A stretch of DNA of 64,000 nt from Torpedo marmorata (taxonomy: Eukaryota): positions 26,722,001 to 26,786,000 of the forward strand of contig OZ360247.1 in NCBI GenBank assembly GCA_977017645.1, written 5' to 3'. Below, piece after piece: positions 13,320-25,517 of the stretch. Under the pieces are notes generated by a model that worked only from the letters and a program-made list of their open reading frames with translations, searched no databases and was not told the origin of the DNA. Position 1 is the stretch's first letter. The number at the start of each line of letters is the position of its first letter. Made by a program: the position numbers and the translations under genes.

Positions 13320-14148
13320 CTATTTATTGTCATGTAATAAAATGGAAATGCAATATTACACAAAATTGACTTTAGTCTGCCATAAGACAAGGATTCATCA
13401 TTAGCACTAGCATTGCCTGGCACCCCTTACAGTCAGAGAAATATAAGCAAAAGAGAGTCTCCCAGAGTCACTGAGTGTCCGTGGATTCGCCTCCGGCACG
13501 CCTTGCACCTCTGCAGCCACACATGACTCCAGTTCAGTTCAAGCCATCGGCAACCCGAGCCCAGATCCAAACCTCCGACACAATGAGGAAGCCTTCAGTA
13601 CCCAGGGGCCTTTGGGAGACCATCTTGCTCTCAGCACCCATTCAAATCCCTGTTCGGATACTTGGTTCTCATGGTAAGTCTCCAGCAGCCTGCAGCCTGC
13701 TGAGTTGTTTGACCTCAAATCACCAGCAGCCCACAGCCTGCGTGGGTTCATCGCCCGCAAGTCACCAACAGCTCACCGCCTGTGTGTGTCCTTCAGCCGT
13801 AGAGCCCCTCGCTGGTCCGCCACTGTGGTCACTGTCCCGTAGGGTCATCTCCTCTGCTTCTCCTTCTATGGGGGGGGGTGAAAGGGGCTGTTCTCCCCAT
13901 TACTGGTGCCCTGTGCCTGCCCGCTACTCCACCCTTGTGGCCGCTGCCGAACACAGGCACTACCATCTTGGGGCTAGACCCTGTGGTCGCAGGATTTTAA
14001 ATAAAACACTGTCAGCTCCTTTAACAGGCTGCTTGAATCCTGTACGGAGCCATCAGCAGGCGGACTGCGTGGTAGGATCCCGCGGGGGAGCACTCTGTCT
14101 CTGCTCCTTCCTCTCCCCGGGTCCTCACCAGCGGCAGCGCTGCTGTTA
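13320..14148 (-). mobile_element. Unclassified ~830-bp non-coding retroposon-like repeat, apparently full length
   Basis: Homologous to 16445-16880(+), 32575-33000(+), 53078-53582(-) and 63281-64000(+); 3' end ...CATGACAATAAA. Confidence 0.75.
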
Positions 14149-14682
14149 CATATGATTAAAAGATAAATTGTTGGAATGGCAAAAGGTGTTCAGGATGTAC
14201 TTCCATTTTAAAAATATTTATTTGTCAAATATGAAACACTGGTGATCTTCACTAAAACAAGAATAATTATACAATCGCTGAATTTAGGGAAAGAGTTGAA
14301 TTGGCACAGAGGTTCAGGTGGCATCAGTTTCCCTTGATATACTCTGAAGTTCTAATAGGATTCCCAATCAGAGTATAACATACAAGGGTCAATGAGGAAG
14401 GGTCCATGGCTCTGTGCCAGGTGCAGGACAGGCTGCTGCCTTACTGGGGACTTGAAGAGGAAGATCTGAACCCCAGCTGGGATGGGTCTTTGGATGGAGA
14501 GATTGCTCTGATGAGGAGATGGAGTGATGCATGTGGATCAGGTAAGTTTTTCAGTTGCGGGATGATACTTGTTCCTCGTGCTCTACAAGAAGGGATATAC
14601 CTTTCCCCAATTCCTTAAACTATCCTCTCAACTAGCCAGGTTTCCAAAAGCCTGAGATGATAGCCAATAAAGCTCAGCTAAA

Positions 14683-14945
14683 GGGCAGCACGGTTAGTGT
14701 CGCAGTTAGCTCAACGGTGTTACAGCGCCAGCGATCAGGACCAGGATTCGAATCCGGCGCTGTCTGTGAGGAGTTTGTACGTTCTCCCTGTGCCTGTGTG
14801 GGTTTCCTCCGGGCTCTCCGGTTTCTTCCCACTCTCCAAAAACATACCGGGGTTTGTAGGTCAATTGGGTGTAATTGGACAGCACAGGCTCGTGGGCTGG
14901 AAGGGCCAGTTACCGTGCTGTATGTCTAAATATAAAATTTAAAAT
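14683..14945 (+). mobile_element. V-SINE/HE1-like tRNA-derived SINE
   Basis: Pol III A/B-like boxes (GGATTCGAATCC), conserved body gtttgtacgttctccc, CR1-like 3' end, (TTTAAA)n tail. Confidence 0.85.
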
Positions 14946-14999
14946 GTAAAAATTTAAAACTCACGGACTGTGATTTTAATGCTGGGATTAAGCAATTTA

Positions 15000-15257
15000 T
15001 TAAATTTTAAATTTAGACATACAGCACGGTAACAGGCCATTTCGGCCCACGAGTCCGTGCCGCCCAATTTACACCCAATTAACCTACACCCCTGGTATGT
15101 TTTTGAATGGTGGGAAGAAACCTGAGACCCCGGGGAAAACCCACACAGACACGGGGAGAACCTACAAATTCCTTACAGACAGCGCGGGATTCGAACCCTG
15201 GTCCCGATCGTTGGCGCTGTAAAGGCATTGCGCTAACCGCTATGCCAACCGTGCCAG
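15000..15257 (-). mobile_element. V-SINE/HE1-like SINE, tail-to-tail with the previous copy
   Basis: Reverse complement of the same family. Confidence 0.85.
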
Positions 15258-15784
15258 GTGGATGAACAACCATTCCAAATTACTTTCTTGAGATGTCTCA
15301 GAGAACTTGTTCAGATTTGTAAGTAATTATTGATTCCTAATTTCATATCCCAACATCTGACAAGAAATCTAAATATATTCCCTTGATTGACAGGATTGGA
15401 GATTGTGGCTAAAAGGAACATTAGTCAAGCACTAGATCTATTTACAGCATACTGTCTGAGATTGGGTCATAGCCAACCAACTCCTGCCCACTTGGAACAC
15501 TGACTGAACAGTGGAAAGTTCAGCTGGTGCCTGGAAGTGGAGGGCACATTCCCAATAGGGTAAGTGTACAGAGGAAGGCAGACAATATTCTTTCCACACG
15601 TTTGTTCTCATGTTTCCTTACAACAAGGAGTCTATCCCAACTCTCAGAGCAATCGCAGGAATCCCACTCCCACACTTATTTTCACCCTGAACAGAGCGAC
15701 CAGGCAAAATCCTAACAGTCACCGGTACAATGTGCAGAAGGCACCAGAGGTCAGGATGGAGCACAGGTTACTGGAGTGGTGAGG

Positions 15785-16025
15785 CAGTAGGACTACCCTA
15801 CCAGTAGGACTACCCTACCAGTAGGAATACCCTACCAGTAGGACTACCCTACCAGTAGGACTACCCTACCAGTAGGAATACCCTACCAGTAGGACTACCC
15901 TACCAGTAGGACTACCCTACCAGTAGGACTACCCTACCAGTAGGACTACCCTACCAGTAGGAATACCCTACCAGTAGGACTACCCTACCAGTAGGACTAC
16001 CCTACCAGTAGGAATACCCTACCAG
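15785..16025 (+). repeat. 17-bp minisatellite, 14 copies of CAGTAGGA(C/A)TACCCTAC
   Basis: Counted directly; the only variant position follows the pattern C,C,A,C,C,A,C,C,C,C,A,C,C,A. Confidence 0.97.
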
Positions 16026-16444
16026 CCAGCATGTCCTTGGGATGTGGGAGAAGGTGAGAACACCCATGCGGTCACTAAGATTAGAAAGCAATCATCCAAA
16101 GGCAATCATGAGTGTTTGCTAATACGAGTTGACCCTGCATTGGGTTTATAATCAGTGAATTGAGGGCCCCAATCCTAAATTTACACTGCCTTTTTGCATC
16201 AGTGCAAAGGTAAAAATGCCCCTAAGAAACAATGGTGTGTTTGTTTTGTTCACAGCTTAGAAGCATAGTGGTACCTGCTGCTATCATTTTACAGTTACAG
16301 TGAAGGTGGATTTAATTACAAGGAAGGACCAAATGATGTTCTGCTGCTTACGACCTGCTCTACAAAACTTGAAGGAGTATTGATATAAGCTGGAATGACA
16401 AAGCTCAGACTTTAAAAAATATATATGTGCACCAATTTAAAAAA

Positions 16445-16880
16445 GGATATTGACTTGCGGTCGAAGGGCTCACACCAGGCTGCGGGCAGCTGGAGACCGG
16501 CTCATGGGAACCAGGCATCGGAACCAGGATTTGAGAGGGTGCTGAGGGCAAGAAGGGCTCTGGAAGGGCCTCGAGCGCTGAAAGCTTCCTGATCGTATTG
16601 GAGGTTTGGGATCTGGAGGTCGGGCTGCCAATGGATCAAACTGGTGGTCGTGTGGCTGCAGAGGCTGCGGGAGTGCTGGAGGCGAATCCATGGACACTCA
16701 GTGACTCTGAAGGGACCCTCTTTTGATTCTCTTTCTCTTATTATTGAGGGCATTGGGCAATGCTCAAGGCGACTCTTTGTTTACCTTATGGAAGGCAAAA
16801 GTTGAAGTATATCATGTATATCATGTATATCACATTTTTTGGTATTATTACATGACAATTAAAGGAACCCTTGAACCTTT
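16445..16880 (+). mobile_element. 5'-truncated copy of the unclassified repeat
   Basis: Shared ggcttcctgatcgt..gaggtttggatctgga...ggaggcgaatcca.ggacactcagtgac...catgacaat core and tail. Confidence 0.72.
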
Positions 16881-17150
16881 AAGAGATGCCTACTCCCCTT
16901 CTTAAGGTGTTTCAATGTGCTTCACAGAAGGTAATTTTTAACGTGCATGTCGGTTACTGTAATATAAGAAATCATCCCAAGGATAACACCTCACCTCTAT
17001 CAGCTCAGAACTTCCTTAGAACTGCAAAATAATGCATTGTGCATTGTAAGGATGAATGCTATATGTATTTTATTGTACAACAGAGTTACATGTCAATGTG
17101 TTGCCACTGAGGTGAAAATTCTCACAGTAGAAGCTTAAAAACTATAAGAT

Positions 17151-18618
17151 TGTGGCAGCACGCCACCGCGGAGATCGAGCCGGCACATCGCGCGGTAGTA
17201 AACAGCGGCATAACACATTGTAACGCGACCCTTAGCATAGCGAACCGGCGCGATTGAAAGCTGGAGCAGTACTAGACCAGCAGCACTAAAATGGCGCTGG
17301 CCAAGCTGCCCAGCTAACAGATCAATACCAGGCTGGGGAAGAAGGGTATTCATATGCAAGAACGTTCCCGCCCGCTATTGTTATTCATGCGGCTGATGTC
17401 AACCAATCAACCAAACGGCGGGAACTCCAACTATATAAAAGAATAATTTCCAGCCTCAATTATGCAGAGTGCTTAACCTTCCACACTGCGTGTGTGTGTT
17501 TCTTCGTAGCAGTCGGCTACAATTGGTAACATCCGACAGTGGTGCACAATTTACCTCCAGCCTGTGGACCGACGTTGCCAACCTGTGGGGTGCTCAGCTA
17601 CACCACACGACAGCATACCACCCGCAGTCTAACGGGCTGGTTGAGCGCTTCCACAGGCACCTCAAGGCCGCCCTTATGACCAGACTCAAGGGCCCCAACT
17701 GGGTTGACGAACTGCCATGGGCACTGCTGGGGATTCGTACAGCCCCGAAGGAAGACCTCCACACATCCTCCGCCGAGCTCGTCTACGGAGCTCCACTCAT
17801 GGTTCCTGGGGATTTCATCCCACTGGCCAGAGGTCAACAGGAGGATACAACCTCCTTCCTGGACAGGCTGCGGGAAAAGGTCAGTAACCTGGCTCCGATC
17901 CCACCCTCCAGACACGGGCAAGCCAAGTTCAACATCCCTAAAGAACTCCAAGACTGTGAGTATGTGTTCGTACGCAGAGGGTCACACCGTCCACCGCTAC
18001 AGAAGCCCTACGAAGGCCCCTTCTGAGTCGTCCGGAACAACGGGGCCACCTTCGACTGGACGTCGGTGGCAAACCAGAGGTCTTCACCGCAGACAGGCTC
18101 AAGCCGGCACACACGGACCCGACACAACCCGTGGAGACGCCAGCTCCTCGGCGCAGAGGCAGACCACCAAATACATTGGGGGCTGCATCCACGGACACTA
18201 TGAACTGTAGTGCCGGTTCTGGGGGGGGGGGGGGGGCATGTGGCAGCCTGCCACCGCGGAGATCAAGCCGGCACATCTCTCGGCGCGCGCGGTAGTAAAC
18301 AGCGGCACAACACACTATAATGCGACCCTTAGCATAGCGAAGCGGCGCGGTTGAAAGCTGGAGCAGTACAAGACCAGCAGTCCTAAAATGGCGCTGGCCA
18401 AGCTGCCCAGCTAACAGATCAATACCAGGCTGGGGAAGAAGGGTATTCATATGCAAGAACGTTCCCGCCCGCTATTGTTATTCATGCGGCTGATGTCAAC
18501 CAATCAACCAAACGGCGGGAACTCCAACTGTATAAAAGAAGCATTTCCAGCCTCAATAAAGCAGAGAGCTTAAACTTCCACACTGCGTGTGAATGTTTCT
18601 TCGCAGCAGTCGGCTACA
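17151..18618 (+). mobile_element. Internally deleted Gypsy LTR element (LTR - partial integrase - LTR)
   Basis: LTRs 17151-17521 and 18239-18618 (TG...CA; CCAAT, TATA, AATAAA). Internal ~720 bp encodes the integrase core and C-terminus (TSDSGAQFTS, TTAYHPQSNGLVERFH, PYEGPF). Poly-G PPT at 18221-18236. Flanks AGAT/AGGT look like a 4-bp TSD with one mismatch. Confidence 0.92.
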
Positions 18619-19574
18619 AGGTAATATTTCCATTTGCTCACATTCAATTCACAAGACCTCTCCAAGAACACTCATTAACTTAGCATCAATTATTTTCTAG
18701 ATCTGTACTGCTGTGGTATTTTGAATGTCTGTCTATGTGAATTAGGCTTAAACTGCCAAAACGAATTTAACCTGTGGATCAAAACGCCCTTAGATAGAGG
18801 AGCCTTTCAGAACCTCCTGTCTGGACCAAACTTTAGCCTCAGAGGTAAAATAGCAGCGCTGTTTCTTGTCCACTCTCCCACTTTGTACCCCCTGCTATGT
18901 GTAACCTTATTAATCAGATTAATTAGTCTAAAACAAAGACCGTACTTTCTCCCACATTGCAACAACCTACCCTTATTATACCACAGCTGAACAGGATATG
19001 TTACAACAACAGAGCTATAAGATTAGCTGCAAGACAGATCTAGTAATTAGGTCACATGGGAATCAATACTAACAGTGAGACTGACCTTGGTGGTGCTGAG
19101 AAGCTTTGCTAGCACTCATTGAAACTTGAATTGGAATTTTAATTTTGTCTTCTGTGAGCAATTGTCTGCTGTGAGCATCTTTGCAACTTAAAGTTGAACA
19201 ATAGGAGATGGGGTAATTAGCCATGTTAGACCAAAATCCTGTGCTGTACTTTAAATTTGTATTCCAGTAGAGATGGTGATCTTTCACAAGTATGTAGAAC
19301 AGTACAGAACAGGAAAAGGCTTTTTGGCTCATGTGTCTACGTATCTTCAACATTTTGCTCCATGTGACTTTTTCCTAAAGCAATCAAAGGCTCAATATCG
19401 AATTTTATTTGTTTATTTTCCATGTAGTGCAATGGGATGTTTTGTGTAGTAAAGACTGCACATTTGTCTTTGATGGCATGCACTTAACCTACAATATGGC
19501 AGTGAATGCACATTGTACTTTACTTCTGGAATTCTTTGGAGTGAATTTCAAGAGTGGTGGCTAACACTTGGAGT

Positions 19575-20227
19575 TCCTTAGAGTCCACTTAAGTAGTGAC
19601 AAATCCTGGACTCACAACATCTCCTCACTTGTCAGCAAGGTGTAACAGCGACTACACTTCCTGAGAAGACTGAGGCAGGCAAGGCTTCTGGCCACCATCC
19701 TGTCGACTTTCTACAGGAGCTCTATCAAGAGCATTCGGGCCAGCTGCATCACAGTATGGTACGGTCTCTGTAGAGCATTGGATCAGAGTTAAATCCACAG
19801 GACCATTAGAGCGGCAGAGTGGATCACTGGGGTCTCCCTCCCCACTATCGACGTGATCTACTGGGATCGTTGTCTGAATAGGGCTTGCAAAATCGTTAAG
19901 GACACCTACCACCCCGCACACAGCATCTTACAGCTACTCCCGCTGGGAAAGAGATACAAGAGTATCAGAGCCAGGACCACCAGGCTGAGAAACAGCTTCT
20001 TCCCATGGGCAGCGAGACTGCTGAATGACTGCTCATACAATTCCTCCGAGACTCTACTATTATTTAACAATATATTTTTTTTATATACATACTGCATATA
20101 CTGTAAATCGCTTGTAAATATGTGTGCTATGTCAATATATGTGTTTGCATGTTTTTACACTAAGGACCGAAGAACGCCGTTTCGTCCAATTGTACTTCAC
20201 AATTGTATGATAATAATAAACTTGAAC
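19575..20227 (+). mobile_element. Rex1/Babar-L2-type LINE 3' fragment (second subfamily)
   Basis: KIVKDTYHPAHSILQLLPLGKRYKSIRARTTRLRNSFFPWAARLLN; tail AATAAACTTGAA. Confidence 0.82.
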
Positions 20228-21918
20228 AACAGAGTTGTGACTGGGACACATGTTCAATGCATACAATTGTGAACAAACACCTCTCTTTATTTATCAGTGA
20301 CCACTGGCGAGTAAAGACCATACAATCATTATTGAAAGGTGAATTCAAATTTAGCCTTGAGAGCATTTAAATCAGAGTAAGATGTTGCTATCATCTTCAA
20401 TCGACTTTCTGAGAGAAGAGTGGAAGCAAATTAAATAGTAGCTTTACAAAGGACTTTGCAGAAAGGGTGAATGACAATGTCGTTTCGTATATTCAATGAT
20501 GAACTGCACAGAATTGCGGACAATATAAGAGACAAGAGTTATGTGGAACAAGTTGGAAAGTGGAGTTGGGGCCAATCGAACATTGAATGATGGGCCATTT
20601 GCCTTCTCTAGCACTGATTTTTGGTGGAAGCATTGTACGGTAGATCTTTCATGGTTCTCTTAAAGGGTAAAATGCCTACCTTGTACAATGTAGGATTCTA
20701 TTATTTTATTTGGCATGAGAGATACAAGCTTGACCTCTCGCTGCCACTTGATTAAAGGTTTTAATCGGTTTGTCACTAAGTTGGCAGTGTCAGGAAGAGA
20801 GTTCATGGAGGTGGAAAATGAAAATATTACACAATATAGAGCTTCCCTTAAATTGGAATTGGCGAAGGTAATTGGCCCAATGACCCTGAGTAGTTCCAAA
20901 TTGTTGAATTCCTCTATTTATCCCATCAATGGTAAACACGTTGAAAAATTGGACTCGTGAACTGCTGTTTCTATGTGCAAGTCACATGTAAATATGACTT
21001 AACCCAGGTTACATCCTGCAAACAATCAATTCTAGATGAAGACGAACCTATCAGCAAATTGGACTTAGCACTTCCAGGTGCCATTCATGTTAACACATTT
21101 GGTGGTTTCCAGTGACAGGCATGCTCTTTCTGTGATTTAAGGGATCCTGCTGACATTGGGAAACTTGACAAGACAGATTCAGAGAATTTCTCCTTGAACA
21201 CTTTCCACAATGTGCGATGACTAACTGAGCATTTTTCAGCATTGAGCTACCAAGATGCAATTCAGTTAGTGCCTCAGGGCTGTCTGTCACTGGAGGTGTG
21301 GTTCTGGCCAAGATTGGTCACACAACCTTAGGTCAGAAGGCAAAGACATGCCCATTAATGAAGAGCCTACTTCCACAGTCATCTCATCCTAATAGATCTC
21401 TCTGATGAACCTTTTAGCACTTACAGAGCCCTTTCTCCCTCCTATTTATTCTTGTTATCCCCTCTTTCCACCATAGTCTCAACAATGAGTCCCTACCCAA
21501 AATATTGACTGCCCATTTCTCTCCATTGCTGCTGCCTGACCTGTTGAGTCCTTCCAGCTTTGTTTGGTGAAGATCCCAGCATCTGCAGTTCTTGCTTTTC
21601 TCAAATTGAATTGCAAGGTCAGGTTTTCCAAGGCTTTCATTACTGAGATATGTGAAGTGTTGCAGGAAGATTGTCTATACAGGACTTCCTCTACACAGGT
21701 CAAATACCTCACCACAGGATCTTTCCAGGTGACCACAGCACAACCATTCTGCACTCTTGTGCCCCTAAGTGTCCCATTAATAATGTGGAGCTTTTTATCA
21801 ACAGAAAAGAGGAACCTAAAGATTCCTGATCATCATTAAATGTTCCATGCTATTAATGTTGTGTTTCCGGACAGCACACAGAATATATTCATCCCTAAGG
21901 AGACTGAAATACCAGATA

Positions 21919-22609
21919 CAGTAAAACCCTTGGTATCCAGCACCTATGGGGATTGGTAGATGCCAGATAAGTGTATTTCATGGCTGCTTGAGACTTACTC
22001 TTACAATGCCCAACTAATACACCTGCGTTAAGAATAAACAGTTGAAAAGACAAAAATACTATACTTACACTGAACAAACTTGCATGAATATCTAAACCTT
22101 AAAGCATTTAAATTTATTTTCAGTCACATTCTTTGAAAACATTTAACCGTCGCTGCATCTGCAGGTTCCTCCCCCTCCACGGAGCCACCCGAAAGACGAA
22201 CAATAACATTGTAGATAATTAATGCCACCCCCCTCCAAGTTTACAGACAAAGCCTCTGACTGGGGCGACTCTTACTAAGCAGGGATAAGGAGACACTTTA
22301 AGAGAGTCACCCCAACGGTGAGCGGCATCAACCTGCTCTTCATCCTGGGCGACGCCATTGCTGTTTCACACAACTTTATTCAAACAGCTGCTACGAGCAA
22401 AGCACGACCAAGGCACTCCGCTGGCTGGATATTTGCTCCCATCTTCATCAAAGGTTTATGTGTTACTTTACAGAACATTTACCTTTACAATTTTAAACTT
22501 GCGTATTTTTTACCGATGATTTTATTCTTATTTATTTTAATTTTTAAAAATTGATTTTACTCGATTTTCTTGCCTGTTGCTTGAATTCCGGATACCAGGG
22601 GTTTTACTG
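21919..22609. mobile_element. Non-autonomous Tc1/mariner (Tigger/pogo-like) DNA transposon
   Basis: TIRs CAGTAAAACCCTTGGTATCC ... GGATACCAGGGGTTTTACTG with TA on both flanks; 691 bp. Confidence 0.88.
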
Positions 22610-23913
22610 TATTTTATATGGCCAACATTTCCTGGAGGGTTTGATCCTGGGGGACAAGGCTATACCCTACTTTGGTGGCTCCTGATCTTTTATGCAGACC
22701 AATCACACCATCATAATGAGAGCCACACCAGCATAGTTGAATGTACAATTGATCTTCTGAAGATTCTGGCACCTGCAGACATGAGGGGATGCTTTTCAGT
22801 ATCCACCCAGTGAATTCATAACTGTATGCAATACACTCCCCAACCTGGGTCATGGGAAGGCTGCATCCAGGCTGGTAGAAAGCTTGCCTCCAGACCGGTT
22901 ATCTCTGGGACATAAGGAGTAGTCAGATGCGAGAGGATAAGGAAGGTACCAGAGGAAGACCGTCAATTCCCAGCAGTGCGAGGAAGGAGGGATTGCTTGC
23001 ACGGCAATGAGTTGTCATGGGGGAATGCAAAGATGCAGTCTCCAATACAAAGAGTCTCACTCCTTACTCCAATCTATGACACCAACTTGGTTCATCAATA
23101 ATCAGCTAAGAAGCCTGAGGAGACTTGCAATAATTTCTCGCTTCCTCCTTTGCAGAACCATCTTTACTGATGAGAGCATGTTGATTGTTCAATCTCAGAT
23201 CCACATGCTGAATGGTTCTCCACAATGAGTTTCGGTGGTTTGCTGCTGGTGTGTTTCCCTTGGCTGAATGTCAAGAACTAGAGTTCAGAGAGAGTAACGG
23301 GTTGGGCATTCACAATTAAGCTAAAAAGGAATTTATTCACTTAGAATGCAGTGAATCTTAGGCATGCTCTTCCCAAGAGGACCATGATTGTTACAACTAC
23401 ATTCATGACAGAGATTGATAGATTTTTGATTATTAAGGGAATCAAGCGATATTGGATTAGTTAAGAAAAGCAACTTTGAGATGAAACATCAGACATGAAT
23501 GTACTGGGTCTATAACTACATTAAATTGTAAGTTCCAATGAGTGCATTTTTTCTGGGTTTAAACTACCATAACGCTGCTTCAAAAATCTTCCAATCTAAA
23601 AATACGATTTTGTTTTGCAGGTGATCTGTAAGGACATAAGTGCCACACACAGCTTTGGTTTCACAAAACGAAAAAAGGACAAAATCCAATTTCAAGGCAA
23701 TTGACCCTTAAATTAATTCATTTTTTTCCTCAAGGAAGAATTTTGTAGAAAGACATGAAAGCAATTGTATGCCATGATTTCACATCTCACATATTATGAG
23801 CTTAAAATGCCACTCAAAAATAAATCCCTTGAAAACACTTCTTTTATGAATGATTTTGACAAATATTTAATGATAATAAATGAATATTTAACATAGTGTT
23901 TTTACTGAATTGG

Positions 23914-24022
23914 TTTATTTTACATATGCCTAATATACGGTAGAAAAACTGCTACTACAGAGCTATCCACTTCCACTTTTTTTTTTCGGTTTTATCTCCA
24001 TAAATCTTTACACGGTTTTATT
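23914..24022 (-). terminator. Candidate MEOX1 polyadenylation signals
   Basis: AATAAA on the minus strand at 24022-24017 and 23919-23914, in AT-rich sequence 330-440 nt past the stop codon. Confidence 0.45.
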
Positions 24023-24354
24023 TGATGTGGTTTCACCCGATGCTTTTTTTTCCATTATTTATGCAACAAATCTTCAAGCTAAATTCTCTTAAAAAATGCA
24101 AAATAAATGACATTTCCTTGAATTGATTACTGAAACCATTCATTTCAAATCTGATTTTTTGCGATAATACAAAAACAAAATGTTCATGGTCAATAATTGG
24201 GGTTTAATGAACGTTGAATGAGTCCAAGCTGATGGTTCAAAATGTTCAAATTTTCCTTTGAGGTTGGTCAAGTTGACACCTGATATTAAATAGGTGATGT
24301 CATCCAGCTTAAGCGTACTTTGGAGTCCATATCTGATGAGCATGACAAATGCAT

Positions 24355-24549
24355 TTATCTAATACTGTCCTGCATTGTTTCCTTACTGTCCACTAAGCCC
24401 TCCATTTGGCTCTTTCCCTCTATATTCCTGAGATTTGAATCAGGAGTCACGCAATCCACATCATCTGGTTCTTGACTCTGTGGTGAAATTGGTTGTCCAC
24501 CTTTGACACGCTTCCACTTCATTCTTCTATTCTGGAACCAGACCTTTAC
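24355..24549 (-). CDS. MEOX1: MEOX1 coding exon 3 (homeodomain helix 3 and C-terminus)
   Basis: Acceptor TTCTGTAG|, then VKVWFQNRRMKWKRVKGGQPISPQSQEPDDVDCVTPDSNLRNIEGKSQMEGLVDSKETMQDSIR-TAA (stop 24357-24355). GGQPISP is MEOX1-type. Confidence 0.96.
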   Translation of the reverse strand, partial: VKVWFQNRRMKWKRVKGGQPISPQSQEPDDVDCVTPDSNLRNIEGKSQMEGLVDSKETMQDSIR

Positions 24550-24769
24550 CTACAGAACAAAGAGTTAGGAATTACAGCTGCTCCTGTTGCTACCCTTGCT
24601 TCCCGCACTACTTCCTTCCCACCCTTATACAAACCATTATAATCCCCGACAAATTACAATTCACCAAAATTCCCCTGAGCCAAAACAGTTAATGAGATAA
24701 TCATTTCATATCTGAGGTGATTTACAAAGTGAACCATCAAAGAGTAACTTACCATATAAAAAAATTTAG

Positions 24770-25517
24770 AACTGCTTTAAAGAGGGTGCAGAAGAGATTT
24801 AGCAGGATGTTGCCTGGATTGGAGAACATGTCTTATGAAGAAACGTTGACCAAGCTAGGACTTTTTAGTGACAGAGGATGAGACGCGACTAAACAGAGGC
24901 GTATAAGTTTATGACAGGCATAGATAGGGTGGACAGCCAGTTCCTTTTCTGCCCAGGGCATCAATGGCCAATACCAGAGGACATCTGTTTAAGCGGAGTT
25001 GTCAGAGGTAAGTTTTTTTTACACAGAGTGGTCGGTGCCTGGAATCCAATGCCAGGGGTGGTTGAGGCTGGTACAATCATGACATTCAAAATACTCTTAG
25101 GTAGGCACGTGGATGTAAGTAAAATAGATCGCTATGGACTGTGAGGTTGGGAAGGGTTAGATTGATGGTGGAGTAGGTTTATGCAGGTTAAATTTTAATT
25201 TAAAAAAATTTAAACATACAGCACCGTAACAAGCCCTTTCGGCCCACGAGCCCGTGCCTCCCAATTACACCCAATTGATCTATAACCCCGGTACGTTTTG
25301 AAGGGTGGGAGGAAACCAGAGTACCCGTAGGAAACCCACGCAGACACAGGGAGAATGTACAAACTCCTTACAGACAGCGCCGGATTCGAACCTGGGATGC
25401 TGGTGCTGTAACAGTGTTGCGCTAACCGCTACGCTAACCGTACCGCCCCTATGTGATTGGCATGACATTGTGGGCCCAAGGGCCAGTGCTGTGCTGTCAT
25501 GTTCTATGTTTTATGTA
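24770..25517 (+). mobile_element. CR1 (HER1-like) LINE 3' end in MEOX1 intron 2, antisense to the gene
   Basis: RVQKRFSRMLPGLE and FF..RVVGAWN motifs; tail gttctatgttttatgt after the inserted SINE. Confidence 0.82.
25195..25450 (-). mobile_element. V-SINE/HE1-like SINE inserted in a CR1 3' UTR (MEOX1 intron 2)
   Basis: Full head-to-tail match to the family; CR1 sequence resumes at ~25451. Confidence 0.85.

Noticed and set aside
13475-14155. 226-aa ORF in the unclassified repeat
   Set aside because: Antisense to the inferred element orientation, no recognisable domain, and the frame is not preserved in the other copies.
15785-16025. CRISPR-like array (short palindromic repeats)
   Set aside because: Units are contiguous with no unique spacers, there are no cas genes, and the context is vertebrate; it is a minisatellite.
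1-23900. Exons of expected neighbours (ETV4 downstream, SOST upstream)
   Set aside because: I found no recognisable coding exons by eye here or in 44600-64000; short or non-coding exons could have been missed.
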